From: Pristiophorus japonicus
Taxonomy: Eukaryota
Assembly: GCF_044704955.1 (NCBI RefSeq)
Contig: NC_091999.1
Span: 10,850,001-10,914,000 of the forward strand
Direction: 5' to 3'
DNA: 64,000 nt
Shown here: in pieces, positions 23,302-35,797 of the stretch
Numbering within the stretch: the first letter of the stretch is position 1
Layout of the letters: every line of letters begins with the position of its first letter
The notes under the pieces: model-generated
Told to the model about the DNA's origin: nothing
Seen by the model: only the letters and a program-made list of their open reading frames with translations
Database searches by the model: none
Program-made: the position numbers and the translations under genes

Positions 23302-23619
23302 CACAGTAATAGGAATCGGAGGGTGCCTCCTACAATAACCCTGCTGCATTCTGACATGGTGAGCGGTATAGTGGGCAAAGTGGGGAAAATGGGGGAATGT
23401 CAGTAATTATCGCAAGTGAGTGTCCATGTAAACCAAGCAAGTAAATAGCTACCAACTAACAATACAGAACTGGCATAAAATTTATTATTTTAATCATAAT
23501 AATCTTGCAGTTAATTTCCCAATAAATTATCTGATTTCACAATGCTTCCAATCTCTGTTCATGCCAAGACAAATCAACTTTCAATCTTCGTGAAATGTAG
23601 ATAAAGAAGGATCTGTCAG

Positions 23620-24091
23620 TGTCAGAATCGCACTCAGACCTGCCGCTCCAGTCGGCAGGAGATGAAATAAACGGTGGGATACATTCCGTAACGATTTAAG
23701 AGACTATAGATGCGTCAACAACTTTCAGAACATCGAGGTCTCCGGTGAAATGTGACCCCGTGAGACTCAGTTTCCAACCTTACCAGCTGGCCAGGATGCT
23801 GATTACACCAGAACATATTATGTGTAGCACCACTGGTTTACAAGGTGCAGTTTAGTATGACATTACATTCCACTTCAACCATCATTTCAGGAACTGGCTA
23901 TTCCACTGTGTCTTGGTGGCTCCATACTGACATAAAATAATAATCGTAGTTATTATCGTCATCATCATCACTTGACCAATGATAACATCTGGGTTACAGC
24001 ATTGAATGGGAGACTGGAGATTTAGCTGAAGATCTATAGTTACTGAGATGTGATTAAAAATGAAGAGGAGCAGTACGACACCCTTCTGCAT
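23620..24091 (-). pseudogene. TCR V pseudogene (family B)
   Basis: Leader MQKGVVLLLFIFNHIS; exon WSHQDTVE*..ILNCTL*..MFWCNQHPGQ; stops; paralog at 40.0-40.5k. Confidence 0.75.
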
Positions 24092-24574
24092 GATGATCCC
24101 TGAGTCTGTAACTGCGCAGTACGGGAAATCCTCTGTCGGAGCAGAAATATAGACAGGGCCTACTGCACAACTGATCCAAATAAAGCCAAACAGGGAACAG
24201 TGAAGCAATCTCTCCAATAGCTCAGGCCTACAAATGAGTGTCAGAAGTAGTGCAGCAAATGCGTTATTTGCATGCAGCTGCCACAGACACAACACTGAGT
24301 GAATGCAAGGCTTTGATTATCCGTACAAACTGCACGGCGCCGCTCAGCTGTACTCGGAGCACATGGGGCAGAAAGGGCGGTGGTTGGGTTGAGAAGTCTA
24401 TGGTCAAATTGCTTCTGCTTACTGAGAAAGTGACAGGGAATAAACACAATGGGAGGGAAATGAAGGGATTCCACTGCTTCAGAAATAATGAGCAGATTTA
24501 GTCAGTTCGAATCTGCAGTACTGAAACACAATATTAGGCACATATGTTTGTATATATAATCAAAAATCCCTAAA

Positions 24575-24800
24575 TCCCCTGTGGAATTCCCTGTCGCAGA
24601 GAGTTGTTGATGCCAGTTCATTGACTATATTCAAGAGAGACTTAGATATGGCCCTTAAGGCTGAAGAATCAAGGGGTATGGAGCAAAAGCAGGAAAGGGG
24701 TACAGAGGGAATGATCAGCAATGATCTTATTGAATGGCGGAGCAGGCTCGAAGGGCCGAATGGCCTAATCCTGCATCTACTTTCTATGTTTCTGTCTTTC
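24575..24800 (+). mobile_element. Short CR1 3' fragment
   Basis: 'gtggaattccctg..IFKRDLD' and tttctatgtttct tail; absent in paralogs at 13080 and 40940. Confidence 0.85.
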
Positions 24801-25032
24801 GATGTGTTAATGACCTGATTCTGAACAAATTACGCCAGCAGAGGTCGCCAATGTCAAAAGTGGTCATTAGAGAGCGACGTGATGCAAACAACAAAGGCAA
24901 CAGCAATCCAAGCCTGAATGATGTCGCAATTGGGGCCACCTCCTGCAGTGCACTGTTTGAACAATGGAACATGCTCCGGTTCACTTCTCACCTTCTCAAT
25001 CTGTGCCTCATTCCACTCCAATTCACTGCGAC

Positions 25033-25588
25033 ATGTTGCAAATAATCCTGGCGAGTGTGTTGGACTGCAAATATTGGATTATGTTAAACAGCACAGGTTA
25101 ACAGATTGATGCAAAGAGCTCTTGCAGTTTTACGGTGCAATTAGTAATCATAATTATTAATATGATGGTCAGCTGACGAGATGGGAGAATAAACACAGTG
25201 ACACAGATCGGCGCAAGGTTAGATCGGTGATGATTAACTTCCTGTTCTTTTACTCCCCAATCTTCACAGGTGGACTTGGTACAGATCCAGTAAAGCAGTC
25301 ACCATTGTCAATTGTTGTGTCAGCAGGGGGTTCGGTGAGGTTAGATTGTGAATGTACAACCCCGGATATTTACCACATGGAATGGTATCAGCAGAAACTG
25401 GCACAGCCCCAAGCTGGATAATTAGCAAAGGAGCAGCACTGAAGGGTGTCGAAATCTGTGGCGGCTGCTAACATCTTCAGAAAGTAAGGTTGACTCAAGA
25501 TAAATGGCCTGAGTGCGGAGGACGGGCGGTCTATTATTGTGCCGTGAGGCACTGCGTCAGATAGAAGCAAAGTCTTCATACAAAAACC
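25033..25588 (+). pseudogene. TCR V pseudogene (family C) with intact 23-RSS
   Basis: Leader MLQIILASVLD..; GGLGTDPVKQSP..LDCEC..EWYQQK then frameshifts, ..YYCAVR; CACTGCG-23-ACAAAAACC (25550-25588). Confidence 0.85.
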
Positions 25589-25644
25589 TCACCGAGCATA
25601 GCAGTTTCATTAAGTCATCGTTGGTGCGTTTACCTGTGGATTTA

Positions 25645-25796
25645 GTTTGATCCGAAAGTCAAGGAGACCAAGGACTGTCAAGTTGCTAGATGATAGTGTT
25701 GTATTCGCGTCCACGTCTTTGTTTGATCCGAAAGTCAAGGAGACCAAGGACTGTCAAGTTGCTAGATGATAGTGTTGTATTCGCGTCCACGTCTTT
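25645..25796. repeat. Perfect 76-bp tandem duplication
   Basis: 25645-25720 = 25721-25796; single copy in the 41.8k paralog. Confidence 0.93.
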
Positions 25797-25869
25797 GTCC
25801 AAATCAGCAGAGAAACGTGGTTGGAAATCTGGAGAATTATCTCGGAGCTTACCAGGGATGCTGAAGTAC

Positions 25870-26102
25870 CATCATTATCATCATCATAGACAGTCCCTCG
25901 AAATCGAGGCAAACTTGCTTCCACTCTAAAGTGAGTTCTGAGGTGAGTGAACAGTCCAATACGGGTATTACTGTCTCTTTCACAGGTGGGACAGGTAGTC
26001 GTTGAAGGAAATCATGTGAGGGAGTCTGGTTTGCCGCACGCTCATTCCGCTGCCTGCGCTTGCTTTCTGCCTGCTGTTGGCGACGAGACTCGAGGTGCGC
26101 AG
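25870..26102 (-). mobile_element. RTE/BovB-like LINE 3' fragment
   Basis: (CAT)n-type tail; 'KRRQRNERAANQ' and frameshifted CPTC..RIGLF.HLRTH zinc-finger terminus; absent at 41.9k paralog. Confidence 0.75.
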
Positions 26103-26581
26103 CCAATAGGGAGAGGAAAAACTATCGGATCTGGAGAAACTAGTGGACAGTATAATGGTCTGTTTTCTCAGAACCGTGAATTCAGACCGATCCGAGGACA
26201 CTGGGCCTCAGCCACTCGTTTGTAAAAAACATATAGAATGTCTGAAAAGTCTGGGACTAAATATAAATAATGAAGCACATAACAATCATGTAAAAAAGAC
26301 ACACCGTGCAGGACGACCATTAATATTAGTGCGGAAGATGGGGAACACATGGTGTCTGGTATAGAGTTCGATAGAACATAGCAACATTTTAATGATATGT
26401 TGACCCTTCTCGTCTGACATTCAAGAATAAACTGAGAGCAGGGGCAGGTTTCACACAATTGGAGACTGAGGGGCTGTCCCCAGTAACAATCGTATAAATC
26501 ACCCAGCGCTCTGATAATGGCACAGGCTATGATTGATTAGCCCCGTCCCACCCCACATCCCCACCCTCGCCCAGGCAGGTT

Positions 26582-29340
26582 TAGAACATAAGCAACAGGA
26601 GCTGCAGTAGGGCATACGGCCCCTCGAGTCTGCTCCATCATTCAATAAAATCATGGCTGATCTGATCATGGACTCAGCTCCACTTCCCCGCCCGCTCCCC
26701 ATGGACAGGTTAGATGCAGGCAGAATGTTCCCGATGTTGGTGATGTCCAGAGCCTGCGGTCACAGTCTAAGGATAAAGGTTAGGCCATTTTGGACAAAGA
26801 TGAGGAAAATCTTCTTCACTCAGAGAACTGTGAAACAGTGCAATTCTCCAGCACAGAACTTTGTTGAGGCCAGTTCGTTAGATATACTCAAAAAGGAATT
26901 AGATGTGGCCCTTACAGTTAAAGCGATTAAGGGGAATGGCGAGAAAGCAGGAATGGGATACTGAGGTTGCATGATCAGCCAAGATCATATTGAATGGTGG
27001 TGCAGGCTCGAAGGGCCGAATAGCCTAATCCTGCACCTATTTTCTATGTTTCTATGTTTGCAACCCCTTATATCCTTATCGTTTAAGAAACTGTCCTTTT
27101 CTGTCTTAATGTATCCAATGTCTCAGCTTCCACAGCTCTCAAATGCAGCAACATCCACAGATTTACAACACTGTGCGAGTAGACATTTCTCCTCGTTTCT
27201 GTTTTAAATTGGCGGCCCCTAATTCAAAGGTAATGTCCTCTAGTACTAGTCTCCACTGTCAATGGAAACATCATCACTGCATTCACTTTGTCAAGACCTT
27301 TCATAATCTTAGATGTTTCGATAAGATCACCTCTCATTCTTCTGAATTACAACATATTCAACATTTCCTCTTAAGTCAACCCCCCCTGATCGTCGGAATC
27401 AACCGAGTGAACATTCTCTGAACTGCCTCCAAAGCAACTTGTCCCCACTCACTTAGCCTGTCTATGTCCTTTTGTAGATTTTACGTGTCCTCCTCACAGA
27501 TTTATTTTCCTCACATCTTTGTAAATATGGAAACCAAAACTGCAAGCACTATTCCAGGTGTGGCCTCACCAATACTTCCCTGGTTTTGTACTCCGTCCCC
27601 TTTGCAATAATGGCCAATATTCCATTGGCCTTCTTGATCACTTGCTGTACCTGCATACTATCCTTTTGTGTTTCATGAACAAATACCCAGGTCCCACTGT
27701 ACTGCAGCACGTTGCAATCTTTCTCCATTTCAATAATAACTTGCTCTTTGATTTTTTTCTGCCAAAGTGCATGACCTCACACTTTCAAACATTATACTCC
27801 ATCTGCCAAATTTGTCCCCTCTCACTTAGCCTGTCTATGTCCTTTTGCAAAGATTTTGTGACCTCCTCATACATTGATTTTCCTCCGATCTTTGTATCGT
27901 CAGCAAACTTGGTTACGGTACACTCACTCCCTTCTTCCAATTCGTTAATATAGATTGTATCTAGTAGGGCTCCCAACCCTGATCCTTGCAGAACCCCACT
28001 AGTTACTGATTGCCAACCAGAGAATGAGCCATTTAATCCAGACTGTCTGTTTTCCATTAGGTAGCCAATCTTCTATCCATGCAAATATATTACCCCCAAC
28101 CCCGTGAGAGTTTATCTTGTGCAGTAACCTTTTATGTGGCACCTTGTCAAATGCCTTCAGAAAGTCGAAATACACCACATCTACTGGTTCCACTTTATCC
28201 ATCCTGTTGGTTACATCGTCAAAGAATTCCAGCAAATTTGTCAAGCATGAATTCCCATTTATAAATCCATGCTGACACTACCTGACAAATTTTGCTATTC
28301 CAAATGTCCTGCTACTGTTTCTTTCATAACGGACTCCAACATTTTCCCAACCACAGATGTTAGGCAAACTGGTCTATAGTTTCCTGCATTTTACCTGTCT
28401 CCTTTTTTAAATAGAGGCGTTACATTTGCAGTTCTCCAAACTGCTGGGAGCTCACTTGAATCCTGGGAATTTTCGTAAATTACAAACAATGCATTCACAA
28501 TCCCTGCCACGACTTCTCTTAAAGCCCTAGGATGCAAGCCATCGGGTCCAGGGGATTTATCTGCCTTTAGTCCCATTATCTTACTGAGTACCACCTCCTT
28601 AGTGATTGTGATTGTGTTAAGTTCCTCCCCACTATTGCCCCTTGACTATCCACTTTTGGAATATTGTTAGTGTCCTCGACCATAAAGACTGATACAAAAT
28701 ATTTGTTCGGCGTTTATGCCATCTCCATCTTCCCCATTACTAATTCTCCAGTCTCGTCCTCTAAGGGACCAACATTTACTTTAGCCACTCTTTTCCTTTT
28801 TATATATCTGAAGAAACTCTTGCCATGTGTTTTTATATTTCGTGCTAGTTTAATTTCATAATCTATCTCCTCTTTCTTAATCATTTTTGATTCATTCTTT
28901 GCTGATTTTAAAAGTTTCCAATCTTCTGTCCTCCCACGAGTTTTGTATGCACTTGTTTTAAATTTGATACCGTCCATTATTTATTTAGTTACCAACAGAG
29001 TGGTATCTTTTCTTTTACACCCTTCCCTCCAAATGGAATATATATTTCTTGAGAGTTGTGAAATATCTTCTTAAATATACACCACTGTTCATGAACTCTC
29101 CTACACTTTAATCTATTTTCCCAGTCCACTTTAGCCAACGCTGCCCTCATACCTTCATCGTCTCCTTTAGGTATTTAAGCTGAGTGCGCTGGTTTGAGAT
29201 CCATCTTTCTCACCCGCCATATTAATTTGAAATTCAATAATGTTATGATCACTCATTCCAAGGAGATCATTAATGAGGAGATTGTTATTTAATCCTGTCA
29301 TATTACACAGGACAGATCTGAGATAGCCTGCCCCCTGATG
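26582..29340 (-). mobile_element. CR1 (RT region to 3' end) with nested plus-strand CR1 fragment 26702-27057
   Basis: 'VLQGSGLG..TKFADDTK', 'DFLKAFDKVPH', 'GPDGLHPR'. Confidence 0.9.
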
Positions 29341-29926
29341 AATCTTTTGCAGAATGCTCAAGGAACCCGTCATGATGAACAGCAAGGGACAGAGCACTGA
29401 TCCCCGTGGAACCCTACAGGAAACAGCCATCCAATCGCAAAAAAACACCCGTCCACTGTCACACTTTACTTCCTGCCACTGAGCCAATTTTTCATCCGAT
29501 TTGCCACACTCCCTTGGAACCAAATGGGCTTTTTCTTTTTTGTTGAGCCTGCCACGTGGGACCTTGTCAAAATCCTTGCTAAAATTCATGTGGACGACAT
29601 CAACCACTCTGCTCCATCGACCCTCCTTGCTACCTTCTTAAATAATGCATTCAAGTTAGTCAGACACGACTTTCTCTCAACATTGCTGAAACAAAGAGAG
29701 AGGTAGAGATACCGAGAAAGACAGAGACAGAAAGAGAAACAGGCAGAGAACGTAACTGGTCCACAACTCATTGGTGCACACTGTTATGGGTTCTGTGAGA
29801 ATAGCCAATCCTGTCATTGGGAAACGCCCCTCAGTCTCCCAATCAGTGAAGTATGCCCCTGATCTATGCTTAATCCTTAATAAACGAACGTTCTGCGATT
29901 TTCTGTCGAACTCTATACAATTCGCC

Positions 29927-30398
29927 ATGTGCTCCCCACGTTTCTTACTAATAATAATGTTCGTGCTGCCCGGTGAGTCTATGTTTAAATGGCAAGTTTG
30001 TGTTCCCTGTGTTATATTCACTCGCACAGCTTTTGATACATTCTCGGATTTGTTACAGGAATAAATGGCGAAGATACTGTGCTCCAGAATCCGTCTCAAT
30101 TAACGGTTCATGAAGGACAGAACATAATACTGAGCTGCTGTTACTCACAGCTGCTTCAGCTCTGTTCTGGTACGTCCAATATCCTGAAGACACTCCAATA
30201 TATTTACTGAAGAGATATAGCTCAGAAGCCGGAGACAAGTCTCCAGGTTTGTCAGACAGGTTGTCTGCTGATATGAACAAAATGAATAAAACGGTTTCTT
30301 TAAATATCGCCGGGACGCTTGTCTCTGATGACGCCGTGTATTTCTGTGCCATGGAGCCCACACTGCTGCAGAGATCGAGCGGACCCCGTACAAAAACA
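29927..30398 (+). pseudogene. TRAV/DV: TCR V pseudogene (family D, inverted copy), frameshift in CDR1
   Basis: Leader MCSPRFLLIIMFVLP (29927-29972), exon from 30059, 1-bp loss after LSCCY; RSS CACACTG-24-ACAAAAACA (30359-30398). Confidence 0.88.
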
Positions 30399-31254
30399 AA
30401 AAATGAGAATTTCCAGTCAGTGCTCAGCAGAGGGCGCTCTTACACTGATAAGCAGAAGCGATAATTTCGCCTTCCACAGTGAGAATCACAGGGACGTTCT
30501 TAAAACGGTGACAACCACAAGTCCCAACAAAAACAGGTGAGGTCTACTTGTAGAATTTTATTAATTGATTTGAATTCGTATTGATATTGAAAATAAACTT
30601 CATCAATCCATTTGTTTCGCCTTAATTTACCCTTTATCCTTTGATGCTCCTTCGGTACCTGCCTCAATTTACATATCTTCGCTGTTAGTTTCCAGGACGC
30701 AGTGATCGCGGCATGTAGACAAGTTTTATTTGATCAGAGTATGTGGCTGGGTCGGAGGCTTTTTATACACAGATTTCACAAGTTCGTGACTGTGCTCTTT
30801 AAAACAACACCAGCACAGAGTTCTCCCAATAACCATCCTCTTTCCGAAAGTCTCTTTAATTCTGGAATGGTTCTGTCACCATTAACAATTACGCAGCTTC
30901 CGGTTTACAACAAACAGACAAGGGGCTCGTCCACTCTACCTGTCTCAAAAGTGCAATCATTCACTTCTCAGGACACTGACTGTGGCCCAGCTCAGTGTGT
31001 TTCAATTCACTGGCGACCAGCTCCCCATCTACCAGCATCACAGCAACACTTGGGACACATGGGAGTGAGTGAGAGCATCCTGACACATGCCATCAAATTA
31101 TTGAGAGTAGCTATTAGAACGGATGCCTCCAAACATCCATACCCTCTTTTAGAGAGTGGACTGCGTCAATTTGGCTGCTCAGCATTTGGCTTACGTGGCT
31201 ATTTTCTGACAGGTAATTGTAGACCCATCACATTTCATATTTTTTCTCTTTTAG

Positions 31255-31575
31255 CAGTGCAGAGATCTTGACGGTTGTCGGGCTGGAGGAGGGCCCAGAG
31301 ATAGACAGGAGCGAGACAATGTGGGAATTTGCAAAAACGAATGTACATTTTAAAGTCGAGGCGTTGTCGGACTGTGAGCCAACGTAGATCAGCGAGCACA
31401 GACATAATGGGTGAACGGAACTTGGCACAGGAAGCACAGTTTTGCATGAGCTAAAGGTTACTCTGTGTGCACGCTGGGAGGCCGGCCAGTGGAGCACTGG
31501 AATAGTCGAGGTCAGAGGTACCAAAAGCAAGGATGAGTGTTTGAGCAGAAGATGAGCTGAAGTAGGGTCGGAGTT
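31255..31575 (-). mobile_element. L2-like LINE fragment
   Basis: 'SPIMSVLADLRWLTVRQRLDFK'; inverted copy of 42820-43115. Confidence 0.7.
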
Positions 31576-33340
31576 AAGATGCCCAGGCCCGGATGAAATG
31601 TATCCCAGGCAGTTAAGAGAGGAAAGTGATCATTTTCCTAACCTCTCAGCCTGTAGGTGTGGTGCCGGAGGATTGGAAGACTGCTAACAGTGTACCTTTG
31701 TTTAAAAAGGGAGAAAGGGACAGACAGAATAATTACAGGCCAGTAAGCCTGACCTCGGTGCTGGAACAACTATTGGAAGAAACTTTGAGAGATAGGAAAA
31801 ATCGTATTAAAGAAAGGCACGTATTAATCAAGGACAGCTAGCATGGATTTGCTATTGCAAGGTCGTGTCTGACTAAACTGATTCATTTTTTTGAGGAGGT
31901 GACACGGAGGGTCGATCAATGTTGTACTTTATATATCGTGTATGTGGACTGTAGCAAGGCTTTTGATAAGGTGTCTTATGGCAGTATTGTCATGAAAGTA
32001 AACGCCCATGTGATCCATGCCAAAGTGGCAAGTTGGATCCAAGTTTGGCTCAGAGGCAGGAAGCAAACGATCAGTAATAGGTCCCTTGCCTCTTGTCGTA
32101 CATATCAATGATTTAGATTTAAATGTAGGGGTATGAATAAGAAGGTAGAAGATGATACAAATAATTTCCATGTGGTTGATAATGAAGAAGAATTATATAA
32201 ACTGCAGGAATATATCAATGAACTGGTCAGGTGGATGCGACAGTGGCAAATGAAATTCAAACCTGAGAAGCGTGAGTTAATGCATTTGTGGGGGGGGGTT
32301 AGCAAGGCAAGTGAATCCACATTAAATGGTAGGAGACTGTGGAGTGCAGAGGAAGACAGGGACCTTGGAGTGCATGTCCACAGATTCCTGAACATCGGAG
32401 CCCATGTGTAAAAGGTGGTAAAGAAGGCATACAGAATACTTGCCCTTTTTAGCCGAGGCATAGAATACAGGAGCAGGGAGGTTATGGTAAACTGCATAAA
32501 ACATTAGTTGCATCACAACCAGAGTACTACGTACAGTTCTGGTCATCACATTACAGGAACGTGACTGCACGAGAGAGGGTACAGAGGATATTTGCGAGAA
32601 TGATGCATGGACTGGATAATTTTAGGTGTGAGGAAAGATTGGATATGCCACGTTTGACTTCTTTGTAGAAAGGAAGTTGAGGGGATACCCGATTGAGAGA
32701 TATAAAATTATGGGGTGGGCCTATGTAGTGTGAATAGGCGCACCTATTTCGCTTAGTGGAGGGGTCAACAACCAGGAGGCATAGATTTATATTAATTGGC
32801 AGAAGGTTTAGAGGGGATTTGAGGGGAAATATTTTCACCCAGTTGGTGGTGAGGGTTTGGAACTCACTGCCTGAAAGGAGGTAGAGGCAGAAACATTCAT
32901 AGTACTTAAAAAGTACTTGGATGTGCATTTGAATTTCTACAAAACTACAAGACTACGGACCAATAGCTGGACAGTGGGTGAAGGCTGGGTAGCTCTTTGT
33001 CAGCCGGCAGAATGTGCCGAAATGGTCTCCTTCTGTGCTGTAAATATCTATGATTCTATGATTCTCTGACAAAGTCTCGGTCATATTGGTCTGTGGTGCG
33101 GAGCAATTTCTTCACTCACAAGATTTTGAGACTTTGGAGTTCTCTACCCCAGAGGCCTGTGGTTGCTGAAAGGTGGAATATGTTCAAGACTGAGATCTAT
33201 AATTATTGGCCAGTAATAGAATCAATGGCTATGGTATTTGGGCCGGAAAGTGGATGTGATGTGCAAGTTGAATGTCGGAGCTGGCTCGATGGGTGGTGTG
33301 GTCTACCCTGCTGCTATTATTTATGTTCTTACCAAAGTAA
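31575..33340 (+). mobile_element. Decayed CR1 (RT to 3' end)
   Basis: 'PEDWKTAN..NYRPVSLTS', 'SKAFDKV'; paralog of 19890-21700 and 54240-56080. Confidence 0.88.
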
Positions 33341-34414
33341 TTTCATTCTGATCGATTCTTCTAACTTTTTCCAGAGCTCTTTCCAACTGTTTATCCGACG
33401 GTCTCTCTCTGAATTTCTCTCCCAGTAAGTCTATATGTGTTTCTCGCCCTATCTCTCCCGGAATCTTTTCCAATGTATGTATATCCATTCCTCTCTCAGT
33501 GTCTCTCAGCTAATGACAGATTTGAAAAGCAAGTAGTAACACCTCACCTCAGGTGCTGCAGCCATTCAAGAAGGCAGCTCATCACCAACTTCTCAAGTGT
33601 AATTTGGAATGAGCAACAAATGTTGGCACTGCCATCGATGCCCCTCTCCCGTGAAATAATAATAATCATGAATGGGCCGCAAGGTGGTGCTCGTTTACGT
33701 CGATAGTGTTTTTATGCAGTGAAAATATCCAAGTGTTTTTTTTTCGATTCAATTCTCAGGAGATTACATTCGATTAGCTGACAATAACTGTTGTAGAAGG
33801 CGGGAATACTCAATACTGTGTAGCCATTGCAAACAGCGCATGTCACCTGTATCCCGGCGCTGCTGCACCAACATATCAGAAACCTTCCCCCATTCATTTA
33901 AAACCATTCCCATCCAAAACTTATTTTATGAGCTCTATTTAAAAGGTGGAGTAATACGAGTGTTAGCCCAGCTAATCTTCTGAGTCCCATCAGATATAAT
34001 AGATCTCCATCATTTCTTCCTTTATGCCTCCTCTGTTTTCAAAACGATGTCCCAGAAGGAGATAGGTCAATGTTTGACCCACAGCCCTATCAGACAGAGT
34101 GAACAACTGTTCTCTTTTTGGGAGGATTTACTTTAGTTAGCCGCCGGTACTGCATTAGTTAACGGTAAAGTTGGCAGCTTTTGTTCAAGATAATAAATGA
34201 TAAACTGAGCATCCAGAGGGCGTGGGAGTTAGTATAACGCGTAAGCACTTGCATTCTTCCCTGGCCCTCAGTGAGGATATAACAGATAGTTATCATCATA
34301 CCTGAAAATGATATCATCGATTGCACATCAGAATATCCCCGAAGTCATCGATTTTCCAATAATATTCTCGGTACACGAGGATAAACTTGGAATGCGCATT
34401 AACTTGGAATTGCC

Positions 34415-34825
34415 TTGAATGGAATTGTTACTTTCACATTTTTACTTTAGGTGAGCGTTTTGTGCATTCGCTGTTAAAAAAATATTTTGACTAATTTCCC
34501 ACCTCATTTTATCAGCCGTTATCAGCACCGAGGCTGTGATGCATCAATCACAGTGGGTGTTTGCACAAGAGGGAGAGTCGATTGAAATCTAGTGCAATGC
34601 AAGCACCAGCGGCAGTGAGCGCATCATCTGGTACAGACAACTACAGAACCATGCCCTGAAATGTATCATATCTGCTATCCATGACAACACCACTGACGGA
34701 CGATTCAGAATAGTCATTGCCCCAACAAGAAATTACAACATTGTCGATATGCACAGAACTGCGGTATCAGACGCTGGAGCAGTTAGGCACCATCAGACAA
34801 AGAATGAACGTCCAGTACAATACCT
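34415..34825 (+). pseudogene. TCR V pseudogene (family E)
   Basis: AQEGESIEI*CNASTSGSERIIWYRQ..DGRF..SDAG; in-frame stop, YYC deleted, decayed RSS. Confidence 0.82.
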
Positions 34826-35355
34826 TCTGCTGGTTTCTATTCGATAATGGCCACATCGCTGATCTCCTCTGCAGCTGGTTTTGACTGCTCTGTGAGGTAC
34901 ATTTCCACAGTCTCAAATACTCCTGTAAGGAAAGGGTTAATCAGACTACACTGACTGTGTTCACTCCTCTGTGTGGTACAGTATCACAGGCTACATGCTG
35001 TAATGTACAGGTGATATAGAGATTGACTTGGTTACAAGAAGCCAGCGCCAGGAATGTCCCGTTAGAGATCACTATCACAAAGTGCTGACGTTTACGTCAC
35101 TGCCCTCCATAAGGAGGAGAGAGGCTTGCTGGTCCTTCGACGACTGACTTGTCCGGATATAAACCGGAGATGAAAGATATAAATTTCCAGCCAATCCAAG
35201 AACAGAAATCTACGTGACGGAGACTTTAACAGGGAGGCGCTGACTGTACTCAGCTGCCTGTTCAATGTCTTCACTCGGTTTGGGGTCTTGTGATGCGAGC
35301 TGTGTGCCGCTTTCTTCTTGACATTGTAATTGCCAGGATGTATTATTTGGTACAA

Positions 35356-35797
35356 ATTAAGCTAATCTCCATTATTCTGCTGCTGCTAACATGTAGGTAA
35401 AGGAGCTGAGCTCAATAACCCGCAGTGTTTATTTTTTATTCAAGTTGGTCCAGTGTTTTATAATCTCAATGTTTTTGCATGTCGGTTTCTATCTGACCAA
35501 GTGCTGCAGTCTCCCCCTGTGGTAAGTGGCCGGATCGGTGAATCACTGCAGATTAACTGCAGCTATGACACTCCCAGCTTTTACGCCATGAACAGAAATC
35601 CAGTCAGGGAATCGAGTGGGTAATAAGACGGGCATCGGCTAGCCGGGAGAGCAGGGATCGATTTGAAATGGATGTTTATGCTGCAGACAACTGCGGCCAA
35701 TTGGTCATTACAAGCACAGAGAGTTCGGATACCACTGTGTATTACTGTGCGATAGACTCACACTGATAGGAATTGCTGCAGTCTCTGTACAAATACC
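35356..35797 (+). pseudogene. TCR V pseudogene (family F) with 23-RSS
   Basis: Leader with ATT in place of ATG (KLISIILLLLTC); DQVLQSP..QINCSYD; WY deleted with frameshift; DTTVYYCAID; CACACTG-23-ACAAATACC (35759-35797). Confidence 0.85.

Larger units (their letters stand above)
25630..26350 (-). pseudogene. Highly decayed V pseudogene related to family D, interrupted by RTE fragment and a tandem duplication
   Basis: Leader MCSPSSALILMVVLH|GTGTGT; remnants 'TIILSTSFS..PYW|YF..SPDFQPRFSADLDK'; paralog 41750-42161. Confidence 0.7.

Noticed and set aside
30702-31271. 189-aa ORF and its inverted paralog 43161-43757 (198 aa)
   Set aside because: Similarity is explained by segmental duplication; the frames diverge, there is no domain, and the region is interrupted in the 9-10k and 14k copies
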